Counted from the stretch's first letter, positions 1-9,915 are shown. The stretch is DNA of 39,654 nucleotides from Methanobacteriota archaeon (GCA_003229935.1 QIGD01000012.1:1-39654); one strand, 5' to 3'. Notes: a model not told the origin generated them from the sequence alone. Numbers and translations are program-made.

Positions 1-382
1 TGACCCTAGATTTATCACGTAATTGCTTGATTTTGTTTCAATATCACCTGAGAGAGGAGGTTGAAATTATAGAAAATGTGTCTTTTGCCACCTGATTTTT
101 TAGATTCTACTGTAACTGTCAAATTCATTAGCGATGTTTTGATGAATTTTGGCTAATTTTCTGCTTTTTAGTGTGTATAATAGCTGAATCTAATCTGTGG
201 AAAAAAGAGATAGCAAAATATTAAGTGGCGAAGATAAGATGTTTTGGTTAAACTGTCAAGGTTGGGACTTAACTATTTAATCTAAAAAACATGAATACTC
301 TCATGCCAGCTAATATACAGAATATTCTGGAGAATATATTCTCTGATTTATAAAAGGAATTCTAAAGCTATATTTTATATTT

Positions 383-1525
383 CTAATTTTGATAATCAGG
401 GCTGGCGTGTTTATAATAAAAACCGTTCAGATAGATAATGAGTCCCACGGCAGTTGTGATAGCTGCAAAGTACATTGTCGCCTTAAAACTATATAGCTGA
501 GATATTGCTCCTCCGATTAATGGGCCAAGAGCTATGGCAAGGCTGGTGGACGAGCTCAATATTCCCACACTTGTTGCTTTTTCCCTGTTGTTTTCAGCCA
601 AGTAACGCAGAGAACCCACGGATACAAGAGAGTAAGAAGCTGCCAGAGCAATCTGAACGGGAAGAAAGAAAAGGAAATTTGGAACCAAAGTAAATGTTAG
701 AAATACAAAGATGCTCAGAGTTATGCCAAATGCCACAAATCTCTCAGCAATGCCAGAGTCCAGCTTATTCATAATTATAAACTGGGAAACTGTGTTCACC
801 AGATATATAACTCCTATCCAGGCAGGATTTGCCCCGAGAGTCATCAGATAAAGCGGGAATATTATCCATATCGCGTTGGCCCCCAGATTACGCAGAAAGT
901 TGGCTATATATATATGGGAATTTCGTCTTACAATATTCAGCGGGAAAATGGGCGTATTTATTATCTCAAATTTAATATCTGGAAGATTTATAGAAACAAA
1001 GAAAGCTATTAAAAATAATAACGAACTTGTGATAAAAACAAGTTTATATGCAAATTCTTCATGAAAATATCCTCTTCCAAACTGAGCAACAGCACCAGAA
1101 ATCAGACTTCCAAAAGCCCAGCCCAGAGACCCATATGATGAGAAGTTGCCAAGTTTTCCTCCTGTGTCATATGTGTAGGCTGTGAGTGCCGGGATAAAAA
1201 TTCCCATTGAAAAACCTGCAAAAAAGCGCACTGTGAACAGAATTAAAGCAGAATCTGCAAAAACCTGAAGGAAGTAAAATAGAGTGGCAAGGGCAAGGCC
1301 AATAGAAACAAGTTTCTTTCTGCTGCTATAGTCTGAGATTCTTCCAAAGTGATATGAGGAGACGAAAATTGCTATACCATAGGCAAAACCTATTATACCT
1401 ATTCCAATACGATTTACATTAATCAGCTCTGAATAGTTTGGCATAAATATTGCTGAAGCCATAGCTCCAGAAAATGCAAGAAATATTATTGCATTTGTTC
1501 TCTCGGGCATAATCTGGCATAACAA
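383..1525 (-). CDS. Major facilitator superfamily (MFS) transporter
   Basis: 380-aa ORF made almost entirely of helix-length hydrophobic segments. Has an MFS-like loop motif GRISDYSSRKK after the second/third helix. Confidence 0.75.
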   Translation of the reverse strand: MLCQIMPERTNAIIFLAFSGAMASAIFMPNYSELINVNRIGIGIIGFAYGIAIFVSSYHFGRISDYSSRKKLVSIGLALATLFYFLQVFADSALILFTVRFFAGFSMGIFIPALTAYTYDTGGKLGNFSSYGSLGWAFGSLISGAVAQFGRGYFHEEFAYKLVFITSSLLFLIAFFVSINLPDIKFEIINTPIFPLNIVRRNSHIYIANFLRNLGANAIWIIFPLYLMTLGANPAWIGVIYLVNTVSQFIIMNKLDSGIAERFVAFGITLSIFVFLTFTLVPNFLFFLPVQIALAASYSLVSVGSLRYLAENNREKATSVGILSSSTSLAIALGPLIGGAISQLYSFKATMYFAAITTAVGLIIYLNGFYYKHASPDYQN

Positions 1526-1595
1526 AATTAACCTTAAGAAAACCCTGCTTAAAGAGAAAAATCACTGTTCCTCATTCCAAGATAAAAATGGCTAA

Positions 1596-1994
1596 TCACT
1601 CACTTACATTAATATTGAAAACCCAGCTTTCTTTCGGCACAGCTATAGCTACATCATAGCTTCCACTTCTAAGGTTTTTAACAGTTACTTCTGTTATCAC
1701 CTTTCCAACACACTGGACACATATTTTATTCTGTCTGACAGAAACAAGATTTAGATTTATTCCTTTATAAATTTTAAGTGTTCCAGTTATATCATAGCAG
1801 GATGTTGATGTATAAATCTTAACTATTGCAGTGATACTGTATTTACCTGTTGATATCTTCGGGACATTAAATCTGCCAGTAGTACAGTCTGATGATAATT
1901 TTTTAATAGTAAAAGTAAGGCCAATTCCACCTCTATTTATAACAGTACAACCCTGTGATATTGCACCGGCAATAACAGAGATAGAAATGAGCAA
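1596..1994 (-). CDS. Hypothetical small secreted/lipoprotein-like protein
   Basis: 132-aa ORF starting at TTG directly after an in-frame TGA, with GAGAGGAG about 15 nt upstream. N-terminus MLISISVIAGAISQGC looks like a short signal peptide with a lipobox-like Cys. Beta-rich; no family recognised. Confidence 0.4.
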   Translation of the reverse strand: MLISISVIAGAISQGCTVINRGGIGLTFTIKKLSSDCTTGRFNVPKISTGKYSITAIVKIYTSTSCYDITGTLKIYKGINLNLVSVRQNKICVQCVGKVITEVTVKNLRSGSYDVAIAVPKESWVFNINVSE

Positions 1995-2069
1995 TCAGAA
2001 AAAGAGAAGCTCCTCTCTTAATTAATATATACCTCTCCATATATTAATTATGTCAGCCATTAATAGATA

Positions 2070-3140
2070 TCAATTACCATCAATGAAATCCTCCACCATC
2101 TGTCTGGCTATGTCATCATTATACTGCCAAGGAGGAGATTTCATGAAATATGCTGAAGGTGCAGCAAGTGCCCCGGACACACCTCTGTCCATAGCCAATT
2201 TGGCACATCTTACAGCGTCTATTACAACACCTGCGCTGTTTGGAGAATCCCACACTTCAAGCTTGAATTCAATATTCAATGGAACACCTCCAAAGCTCTC
2301 GCCTTCAAGACGAATATATGCCCATTTTCTATCAGTTAGCCATGCTACATAATCACTAGGCCCTATATGTACATTATCGTCACCCATATTATAGTCCAGC
2401 ATTGACGTTACTGCAGTTGTTTTTGAAATCTTTTTACTTTCAAGACGCTCCCTCTCAAGCATATTATAAAAGTCAGTATTACCACCAACATTGAGCTGGG
2501 AAGTTCTACGTAGCTTAACACCCCTATCTCTAAAAAGCCTTGTTAAAACTCTATGAGTTATTGTTGCTCCCACCTGGGATTTAATGTCATCACCTATTAT
2601 TGGAACATTTGCATCTTCAAACTTTTTTCTCCATTTTTCATTTTTTGCTATAAAAACCGGGATACAGTTTACAAAAGCACAACCTGCTTTCATAGCTTCT
2701 TCGGCATAAAAGCAGGCAGCTTTTTCACTACCCACAGGCAGATAATTGATAACTACATCAGCCCTACTTTCCTCAAGAACCTCAGTTATATTGACAGGTT
2801 TTTCAGGAGATATATCAATAATTTTTGAAAGATATTTGCCTATCCCGTCAAATAATTCACCTTTCTGCACTTCAACGTCCATTTTTGGGACATCTGAAAA
2901 TTTTATAGTATTATTCGGCTTTGTAAAGATTGCTTCGCCTAAATCTTTACCAACCTTATTTTTGTTAACATCGAAAGCAGCAACAAATTCAACATCCCCA
3001 ATATGATAACCGTCGATATTTGCATGCATAATACCAGGAATAAACTCATCTTCCCTCACATCTTTATAGAATTCAACACCTTGTACAAGGGATGAGGCAC
3101 AGTTTCCGGCACCTATTATTGCAACTCTAACTTTACTCAT
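2070..3140 (-). CDS. ino1: myo-Inositol-1-phosphate (inositol-3-phosphate) synthase
   Basis: 356 aa, with long colinear matches to remembered Ino1 sequences: [88 protein letters not shown]-like ATTTATAG lies about 30 nt upstream of the ATG. Confidence 0.93.
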   Translation of the reverse strand: MSKVRVAIIGAGNCASSLVQGVEFYKDVREDEFIPGIMHANIDGYHIGDVEFVAAFDVNKNKVGKDLGEAIFTKPNNTIKFSDVPKMDVEVQKGELFDGIGKYLSKIIDISPEKPVNITEVLEESRADVVINYLPVGSEKAACFYAEEAMKAGCAFVNCIPVFIAKNEKWRKKFEDANVPIIGDDIKSQVGATITHRVLTRLFRDRGVKLRRTSQLNVGGNTDFYNMLERERLESKKISKTTAVTSMLDYNMGDDNVHIGPSDYVAWLTDRKWAYIRLEGESFGGVPLNIEFKLEVWDSPNSAGVVIDAVRCAKLAMDRGVSGALAAPSAYFMKSPPWQYNDDIARQMVEDFIDGN

Positions 3141-3181
3141 GTAACCTTTTTATATTTCATTGCTATAAATATCTTATGGCG

Positions 3182-3209
3182 GTGAACTACCCACGACTAA
3201 AGTCGTTGG
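3182..3209. repeat. Family-A terminal repeat, hairpin form (GTGAACTA-CCCACGAC-TAAA-GTCGTTGG)
   Basis: Contains the core CCCACGACTAAAG that recurs 8 times in the window. Here the core folds as a 7-8 bp stem with a TAAA loop. Confidence 0.7.
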
Positions 3210-3241
3210 TTTTCTGCGATGTTTATCATAAAACAATACAA

Positions 3242-3313
3242 ATGAAAAGACTTGAAAAGAGAACAACACGTGAGATATTGTGGATTTATATTCTGAAGCT
3301 TCTCATAGGATGA
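3242..3313 (+). pseudogene. Possible N-terminal stub of a PadR-like regulator
   Basis: 23-codon ORF MKRLEKRTTREILWIYILKLLIG* resembles the start of archaeal PadR-family proteins, then stops. It lies between a family-A hairpin and the tnpB remnant. Confidence 0.3.
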
Positions 3314-3379
3314 AAGTGAACCATAGTTAATTGTTAGCGAAATATTCATATATAACTGTCACACATATGTGTTGGGTAG

Positions 3380-3590
3380 TTCAGGTATTCCTTGAACAGT
3401 TGGTCGTTCTATCAGCTTCGACAGATGATAGAATACAAGTCTAAGCTGCTCGGAATACTTATGTCTATATTGGTCCAGAATATACTAGCCAAGAGTGTTC
3501 AAGATGTGGGCTGATAGACAGCAGGAATGGCAAAGTATTTAAGTGTCCCACTGTGACCACGTTGAATATGCTGACGTAAATGCTGTTTAG
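3380..3590 (+). pseudogene. tnpB: Decayed 3' fragment of an IS200/IS605-family tnpB (RuvC-like nuclease, OrfB_Zn_ribbon region)
   Basis: Three frames together read [21 protein letters not shown] / [25 protein letters not shown] / [12 protein letters not shown]. This is the conserved C-terminal TnpB block (YK..GI...V.P.YTSQ.CS.CG....F.C..C....ADVNAA) broken by at least two frameshifts. The N-terminal ~300 codons are absent. Confidence 0.85.
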
Positions 3591-3595
3591 ATAAT

Positions 3596-3670
3596 GAAGG
3601 CTAAATTTAGCTTATTTCTCATAGTATTTTTGATTATGGGACAGCCTCTTTAGTCGTGGGAGTATGTCAG
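3596..3670 (+). repeat. Family-A right end (RE / omega-RNA-scaffold-like segment) following the tnpB remnant
   Basis: 75 nt nearly identical to 15551-15622. Contains the 12-bp palindrome GCTAAATTTAGC and the terminal GGGACAGCCTCTTTAGTCGTGGGAGTATGTCAG. Its position directly 3' of tnpB matches where IS605-type RE/omega-RNA sequences lie. Confidence 0.7.
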
Positions 3671-4572
3671 TAAACAATCTCTCCCAGATTCACTCTCATT
3701 AAGTCTTCACTCAGGAATGAGTTCTTAAATATTTCCCTGGCTTCCTCCAGAAGGGGAGTGGCATTCTTATATCTTGGAGAAATATGAGTGAGAAAAAGCG
3801 CCTTTGCTCCACCTTTCTTCGCTGTATCTGCCGCCTCTATAGAGGTTGAATGTAGAGCTTCTATAGCATTTCTCTGGAGCTTTCCTGAAAACGTAGAATC
3901 GTGGATGAGGACTGCACCTCTGCACCTTCGCACTATTTCTTCTAGTGGTCTTGTGTCTCCAGTATAAAGTACTTTAAAACCTTCTCTTGGTTTTCCCAGC
4001 ACCATCTCAGGTGTAATTACTTTACCATTAAACTCAACTGGTTCCCCATTCTGGAGCTTCTTATATAGGGGGCCAGGGGGGATTCCAAATTCCTCTGCTT
4101 TCTTTCTCAGAAACCTTCTGTCCTTCTTTTCTCTGAAAAATATTCCAAAAGCTGTAACCGAGTGCTCAACTTTAAAGGCTTCAATTTCATAATTTTTTCC
4201 CTCAGCTATAACTGTCTCCTCAATCTCATTAACCTTAATTTCAAAGTTTTTCTCATAGTAACCCATAGACAAAATATTTTCCATTAGACCATCTATCCCC
4301 TCTGGTCCAAAAATTTCAAGAGGTTGGTCTCTACCAGAGAAACTCATAGTTTGGATCAGCCCAGGTAACCCGAGAAAATGGTCACCATGCAGATGAGTTA
4401 TAAAAATTCTTGAAATGTGCATATAGTTCACCTTTGCTCTTATCAACTGCCTCTGTGTACCCTCACCACAATCCAGCAGGATAACCTCACCCTCATTTAG
4501 CAGAGCAATAGCGGGGTGGTTTCTATACTTTGTTGGCATTGCTGCAGAAGTTCCAAGGAATACTATTTCCAT
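3667..4572 (-). CDS. rnz: Ribonuclease Z (tRNA 3' endonuclease, metallo-beta-lactamase fold)
   Basis: 301 aa. MEIVFLGTSAAMPTKYRNHPAIAL start, HxHxDH motif (THLHGDHFLGLPGL), C-terminal LTHISPRY. Confidence 0.9.
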   Translation of the reverse strand: MEIVFLGTSAAMPTKYRNHPAIALLNEGEVILLDCGEGTQRQLIRAKVNYMHISRIFITHLHGDHFLGLPGLIQTMSFSGRDQPLEIFGPEGIDGLMENILSMGYYEKNFEIKVNEIEETVIAEGKNYEIEAFKVEHSVTAFGIFFREKKDRRFLRKKAEEFGIPPGPLYKKLQNGEPVEFNGKVITPEMVLGKPREGFKVLYTGDTRPLEEIVRRCRGAVLIHDSTFSGKLQRNAIEALHSTSIEAADTAKKGGAKALFLTHISPRYKNATPLLEEAREIFKNSFLSEDLMRVNLGEIVY

Positions 4573-5564
4573 TTTTTCATCACCATTATAACTCTTGTAA
4601 GGCTTCTATGCACTCTCAAATAATGCTTCTCCACAACCTTAAATCCTTCCAAATTCTCAAGCTCGTCTCCAAGAGGAATAATAAAGCAGGCATAGCGCTG
4701 TGGCTTTAACATTTTATATATCTTATCAATAGCTCTATTATAAAGTTCCTCTTTTTTAAGTCCTCTAGTACTGGATGAGATTCCATAGGGGGGGTCTGAA
4801 ACTATAGCATGGAAATATTCATTATAGTCTTCCAGTTTAAGTATATCCTTAACCCCAAGGTTAAAATCATCTATACCAGCATATTTAAGGTTCCTCTCTG
4901 CCCCTCTTATAGCTTTGTCATCTATATCAAAACCATAAACTTTAGCACCTATGAGACCTGCTTCAATTAAAAAGCCTCCTCCTCCACAGAAGGGGTCACA
5001 CAGAAACTCTCCTGCCTTAATTCCCGTAAGGTTTACAATGGTCCGACTCAGTCTTGGATGCATTGCCCCAGGTCTATAATAAGGTCTAAGATGTGCCCTT
5101 CTTTTTTCAAATTCACCTCTGGGTACAGAGGCAAGATGTTCACTCAGATAAAACTTTTTCCCTGCTATACCAATAAAGAGGTTTTCATGCTTTTTCAGAT
5201 CAACTTTCTTACCATAATCTGCTATTCTCCCGCCGATATATCTCTCAAGATAGCTCGCCTTAACCCTGACATTACCTACCCTCCATATTCTCACACAGAA
5301 ACTTCCTTTAAATTTATAGTTATAATTCTGCTCCTCTATTTCATCATAGTCGCAGAAAAAAAGAAGCCTTCCAATACTATGAGTTAGAGCAAGTTTTTCA
5401 GTCAAATTTCTGATATCTTCTATCTCTGCTTCTGCCTCAATAACAAGTACCTGCTGCTCAATCTCCACAATAGAGTAACATATACCCTGAGCTTTAAGGA
5501 GAGCCTCCACCTCTGATTGAGGAAGAGTTGGATGCTCACCGGAAAGGAAAAAGAGGAACTTCAT
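4563..5564 (-). CDS. THUMP-domain tRNA (guanine-N2)-methyltransferase (Trm11/Trm-G10 type)
   Basis: 333 aa. SAM-binding DPFCGGGGFLIEAG and catalytic DPPYG motifs after an N-terminal THUMP-like region. Overlaps the rnz start by 10 nt (operon). Confidence 0.8.
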   Translation of the reverse strand: MKFLFFLSGEHPTLPQSEVEALLKAQGICYSIVEIEQQVLVIEAEAEIEDIRNLTEKLALTHSIGRLLFFCDYDEIEEQNYNYKFKGSFCVRIWRVGNVRVKASYLERYIGGRIADYGKKVDLKKHENLFIGIAGKKFYLSEHLASVPRGEFEKRRAHLRPYYRPGAMHPRLSRTIVNLTGIKAGEFLCDPFCGGGGFLIEAGLIGAKVYGFDIDDKAIRGAERNLKYAGIDDFNLGVKDILKLEDYNEYFHAIVSDPPYGISSSTRGLKKEELYNRAIDKIYKMLKPQRYACFIIPLGDELENLEGFKVVEKHYLRVHRSLTRVIMVMKKWK

Positions 5565-5617
5565 AGTTTAGATTTTCGCTGGTGGTATATTAAGAGTTTT
5601 GGGGAAATAACCCAACC

Positions 5618-6814
5618 GTGTCGTTTTTAATCGTGAAGAATTTATCTTTGGTCATGAAATTCAAAGGGTACCTTATTGCTGGCTTTTCTGGTGGGCTGAT
5701 TTCCAGCGTTTTTATTATATTTTTTCTGATGTATCATCCAATTCCCCTTGCAGGAGGAAATTCTGCATTTTTATACATAAATGGTAGCAGGATACATGTC
5801 AGTGGATTAAGTGATAAAAATGTAAATCTTTACATAATCAACGGACAGGACATGAGAAATGAAATAATTCCAAAGATTTTTAAGGAAACTCTTCCAAGTG
5901 TTGTGCATATAATATCTACTATCAAAAATACAAGTATTCATCCATTTCCTATTAATAGTTCCGGTTCAGGGATAATTCTTACCAGTAACGGTTATATCCT
6001 TACAAATAATCATGTAATAATAAGTCCAACTAAACCTACTGTTGTGCTCTACAACGGTAAGGAGTATAAGGCTAATTTGATTGGAAGAGACCCCATAACT
6101 GATATCGCTATAATCAAGATTCCAGCCACAAATCTAAAGCCAGCACATCTGGGTAACTCTTCAAAAATACAGGTAGGTGTGACTGCAATAGCTATAGGCA
6201 ATCCCTTCAGATTTACAGACACCCTGACAGTCGGAGTTATAAGTGCCCTAAATAGAAGTTTTAGTACAAATGGAGGTTATGTTATCCATGACGCAATTCA
6301 AACTGATGCTGCTATTAACCCTGGAAATAGCGGTGGTCCTCTTCTCAACCTTAAAGGAGAAGTTATAGGTGTAAATACTGCAATTTTCTCAACAACAGCT
6401 GCTTTTGAGGGCATAGGGCTTGCTATCCCAATTAATAATGCTGAAAAGGTTGCTCAGGACATTATAAAGATAGGCAGAGTTCCTAGGGCATGGATGGGAA
6501 TAACAGGAGAAGATTTTACACATAAGCTTGATGAGAATGTCAGTGTAAAGACAGGTGCACTCGTTGTGTCAGTTGACCCGAGAGGGCCTTCTTATGGTAT
6601 TCTCAGGGGAAACAAAGGCATCTTTGGCAAGAAAAACTTTACACTTGGCGATATTATTGTTGGGATAGATGGCAGAAAAATCAGTGATATGGACGATGTC
6701 ATACAAGCTGTGCTGAGCCACAAAATTGGAAATAAAATAAAAGTGAAGTTCCTCAGAGAAGGTAAATTATATGTAGCCGAAATTACCTTGGGTGAAAGAC
6801 CCAAGAATCTATAG
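5618..6814 (+). CDS. HtrA/DegP-family serine protease with C-terminal PDZ domain and N-terminal membrane anchor
   Basis: Trypsin-like triad context (TNNHV, DIAIIK, GNSGGPLLN) followed by a PDZ-like GDIIVGIDGRKI. GTG start in the track; an internal ATG at 5654 is also possible. Confidence 0.85.
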   Translation: MSFLIVKNLSLVMKFKGYLIAGFSGGLISSVFIIFFLMYHPIPLAGGNSAFLYINGSRIHVSGLSDKNVNLYIINGQDMRNEIIPKIFKETLPSVVHIISTIKNTSIHPFPINSSGSGIILTSNGYILTNNHVIISPTKPTVVLYNGKEYKANLIGRDPITDIAIIKIPATNLKPAHLGNSSKIQVGVTAIAIGNPFRFTDTLTVGVISALNRSFSTNGGYVIHDAIQTDAAINPGNSGGPLLNLKGEVIGVNTAIFSTTAAFEGIGLAIPINNAEKVAQDIIKIGRVPRAWMGITGEDFTHKLDENVSVKTGALVVSVDPRGPSYGILRGNKGIFGKKNFTLGDIIVGIDGRKISDMDDVIQAVLSHKIGNKIKVKFLREGKLYVAEITLGERPKNL

Positions 6815-7438
6815 CTACTCCTTTATAAACCTGTGCCTGAATTTTTCAAGAAATGTGTAAGTTGCAGTACCTTTACCATAGTGGAAGAATTCTATCACAT
6901 CTTCCTTTTTATCAATATCAAGAGAAACATAAAATGAGTCATATATATAATACCTCAACCCTCTTCTTTCAGCCATATTTATTATGTCAGGAAAAGTCGT
7001 GCTGCTGAAGTGTTCGGATAACAAATCAGGTGGCCTCTTGTAAATTATTCCCACACCACCCTTTCTTGCAGGTGAGATAATAAGCATATGCTTTCTTCCC
7101 AGGCTGATGATATCCTCAATATGCCTCCTATTGATGAGAGGAGTATCAGCAGGAACAAAAACTGTTGCTTCGGCTCCATGCTCAAGCGCATATTTTTTAC
7201 CTTCTTCTACCGCCTGAGTTAAGCCCTGACTCTTTTCTTCCTTCAGGATATGGCAGCCCTTAACTTCAATATCCGCAGATGTGATTATCAGAGGCACCAC
7301 CAGACCGTTGAGAGCATTCAATACATCACTGAGCATGGCTTTTACCAGCCCTGATCTCTCCTCTCTATTCAGATAGGGCGAGAGTCTTGTCTTAGATTTA
7401 CCCGGTTCCTTCACCGGAATTAGAGCGAATATAATCAT
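6815..7438 (-). CDS. cofC: 2-phospho-L-lactate guanylyltransferase-like protein (F420 biosynthesis CofC family)
   Basis: 207 aa. N-terminal IPVKEPGKSKTRLSPYLNREERSGLVKAMLSDVL matches the CofC/MobA-like nucleotidyltransferase signature (PVK..aKtRL...L...eR). Confidence 0.6.
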   Translation of the reverse strand: MIIFALIPVKEPGKSKTRLSPYLNREERSGLVKAMLSDVLNALNGLVVPLIITSADIEVKGCHILKEEKSQGLTQAVEEGKKYALEHGAEATVFVPADTPLINRRHIEDIISLGRKHMLIISPARKGGVGIIYKRPPDLLSEHFSSTTFPDIINMAERRGLRYYIYDSFYVSLDIDKKEDVIEFFHYGKGTATYTFLEKFRHRFIKE

Positions 7439-7516
7439 ATATAGATTTTACCCATTCTCAGGTTAAAAAAGATTTTGGCTGATAAGCTTTATTAACATCC
7501 TAGCCTAAACTTTAGT

Positions 7517-7873
7517 ATGGAATATCTTATTGTGAACAGAACCAAAAAAAACGATATAGCCAGAGCAAAAGTGACAGGAAGTTTCTTTTCACGTGCTCTG
7601 GGTCTGATGTTCAGAAGAAATCTGAAGGAAGATGAGGGGCTTCTTATTGAATTTCCAGCCTGGATGAAAAAACCAAGCCTGCACTCCTTCTTTATGTTCT
7701 TTCCTATTGATGTAATATTTATAAACAAAAATTTAAAGGTGGTAGAGAAAGGCCTACTTAAACCTTGGAAGCTGTATACCCCTGCTCATGAGAGCAATTA
7801 TGTTCTCGAATTGCATGAGGGGAAAGCTATAAAAGTAGAAGTCGGTGATGTAATGGAATTCAGGAAGCTCTGA
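7517..7873 (+). CDS. DUF192 (COG1430) family protein
   Basis: 118 aa with the typical GLMFR...L...GLL and MFFPIDVIF...V pattern. Confidence 0.65.
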   Translation: MEYLIVNRTKKNDIARAKVTGSFFSRALGLMFRRNLKEDEGLLIEFPAWMKKPSLHSFFMFFPIDVIFINKNLKVVEKGLLKPWKLYTPAHESNYVLELHEGKAIKVEVGDVMEFRKL

Positions 7874-9914
7874 ACTTCTTCAAAAGAAATTCATAAAAGG
7901 GCTTATCTTCTTTTCTACTGAGCTTCTCCACAATTAACTCTGGTGTGGATTTTGCAGGTTTACCCAGTATAGGATTTCTCGAAACAATAAGATTGAGATT
8001 CTCATCAAGGCCTGAAGCTTCTATTCCATCAATCCTCGCCTTACCTTTTACAACTTCCATGAGTTCCTCGCCAAGATGAGTTACCATAACAAGAAGAATA
8101 TCCTTCCTTGGAGCAAACCACTCGATAAATGCACTGAGCACTCTAGCAGCAGCCCCTGGCTCTGTAACTGATTCAAGCTCATCAGCAAGAATCAGGCTCT
8201 TCTCACTCTTCTCAGCCATATCAGAGAAAAACCTCAGGAGTGTCTCAAAGGCCCCGGCACTAACTGTTCCCTGAGGCTTAGCAAAGTAGTAAATCTTTTC
8301 GAGAATAGAGAACTCTGCCTTTTCTGCAAGAACTGGCAGACCGCTCTGGGCAGCAATCTGTACCTGTGCTATAGTTTCTAAAAGTGTTGTTTTTCCTCCC
8401 GAGTTTGCTCCTGTGATTATAGCAATTCTCTCTCCTCCACTTCCTTCGAGCTTTATGCTGGATATACCTACAGAATAGCTCACGGGTTCTGCTTTTCCTT
8501 CAAGGGCAAGACCAAGATGCATTGCATCTATAAATGTTAAAGAAGGACTTTCCGAAACCTTTGGCAGAGTTGCTTTATACTTCAATGCAAAGCTTCCTAT
8601 AGCAAGGTAGAAATCCAGCTCGAGAACTGCATTCACATTACTCTCCACCTCCTTCATATAACTTTCTATTTCAGAGGCAGCATCCCGGGCTGCTCTGAAC
8701 TCCCTCCTTGTAGCCTCTGCCTCAAGCCATGCAGAAGTTTCCTGTAATTTTTCTTCTAAAATCTCCAGAGGATATCCATAGCTAAATAATCCTGAAAACA
8801 TTATTCTTTCTTTCTCAAGGCACAGGCTATTTGCAACCTCAACTTCAGATTTCTCAGCTACATCCTTAATTATTTCCTTTACCTTCTCAGGAATAGCCTC
8901 ATAGGCACCACCAGCCTGAAACCCTGAAAGAAGCTTCAGCACCTCTCTGCCCTTTAACGCTACTGCTCCCTCAACTCTCTCTTCAATCTCTCTATTTGCA
9001 AGTCTCAAACGCTCATCAACCTCCTGATTTAACCTATCTCTCGCCTCAGAAAATACCTTTACCTGATTGCTATCCAGACTTTCAAGAATTGAAATTATCT
9101 TTTCCAGAACTTCAGATTTCATTAGCTCTATATCAAGCTCTTTTATATTCAACCCCTCAATGAGTTCAGCAATTTTCTTAATAGCCTTGATTGAATCCAG
9201 ATTCTCTGTTATACCCTTAATTACAATCTCTGGTAGAACCTCACTTTCATTAAATTCATAAAATGTGAGAAAATTGCCTGATAGCAGGTTCACAGTAACT
9301 CCTATATCACCCTGTATATACCTCACAAGCTCGTAGTTCCTCAGATACTTAAAATCCTCTGGGCTTTCTATTAGAAATATCTCAATAAAGCTACTGTATT
9401 TGTCTTTTAGCTGATTATAAAGCTCCTTATCTTCAACAGCTATCACCTGAGAAGCAATTCTACCCTCTGATTTTTTCTGGAATGGCTTAATCATTCTAAG
9501 AGCTTCTTTAGTCTCTGTAACTCTATCTCCCAGAGATGAGACAAGGCTCATCGCAACCCTTACTGTGACATGCCTTCTCTCTATTTCTTCTCTATGTCTG
9601 ACTGGAGCAAATAAACCAACTTTTGTTTTTGCATAGGGCGTGACAGCCTCCTCTTTAATTGCATTAAGAATTGCAGAATAGATTTCTCTTGCCTTTGGAT
9701 TGCCAAAAATGTCAACATAATCGAAGTTAAGGGCTTCAGAATAAATCTCTCTTGCTATTTCCTGCATTCTGGAGGTTTTAATATCAGAGTAAAATAATTC
9801 AGTGAAATTAAGACTTTTAAGCTCTTTCAATGCCCTCTCTTCACTGCCATAAGCATTGATAATCTCCTTCTCCAAGTGTTCTCCAACTCCTTTAATATTC
9901 TTCAGAATTCCCAT
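7860..9914 (-). CDS. MutS-family ATPase (archaeal MutS-like; domain V only, no mismatch-binding or Smr domain recognisable)
   Basis: C-terminal ITGANSGGKTTLLETI (Walker A), LILADELESVTEP (Walker B), VTHL. N-terminal IKGVGEHLEKEI is helix-hairpin-helix-like. The track ORF extends to 9944, but ATG 9914 avoids overlap with cca (stop at 9916-9918). Confidence 0.7.
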   Translation of the reverse strand: MGILKNIKGVGEHLEKEIINAYGSEERALKELKSLNFTELFYSDIKTSRMQEIAREIYSEALNFDYVDIFGNPKAREIYSAILNAIKEEAVTPYAKTKVGLFAPVRHREEIERRHVTVRVAMSLVSSLGDRVTETKEALRMIKPFQKKSEGRIASQVIAVEDKELYNQLKDKYSSFIEIFLIESPEDFKYLRNYELVRYIQGDIGVTVNLLSGNFLTFYEFNESEVLPEIVIKGITENLDSIKAIKKIAELIEGLNIKELDIELMKSEVLEKIISILESLDSNQVKVFSEARDRLNQEVDERLRLANREIEERVEGAVALKGREVLKLLSGFQAGGAYEAIPEKVKEIIKDVAEKSEVEVANSLCLEKERIMFSGLFSYGYPLEILEEKLQETSAWLEAEATRREFRAARDAASEIESYMKEVESNVNAVLELDFYLAIGSFALKYKATLPKVSESPSLTFIDAMHLGLALEGKAEPVSYSVGISSIKLEGSGGERIAIITGANSGGKTTLLETIAQVQIAAQSGLPVLAEKAEFSILEKIYYFAKPQGTVSAGAFETLLRFFSDMAEKSEKSLILADELESVTEPGAAARVLSAFIEWFAPRKDILLVMVTHLGEELMEVVKGKARIDGIEASGLDENLNLIVSRNPILGKPAKSTPELIVEKLSRKEDKPFYEFLLKKFRAS

Positions 9915-9915
9915 A

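Noticed and set aside
139-187. Possible C/D-box sRNA (TGATGA at 139-144, CTGA at 184-187)
   Set aside because: There are no credible D'/C' boxes at the expected spacing and no terminal stem.
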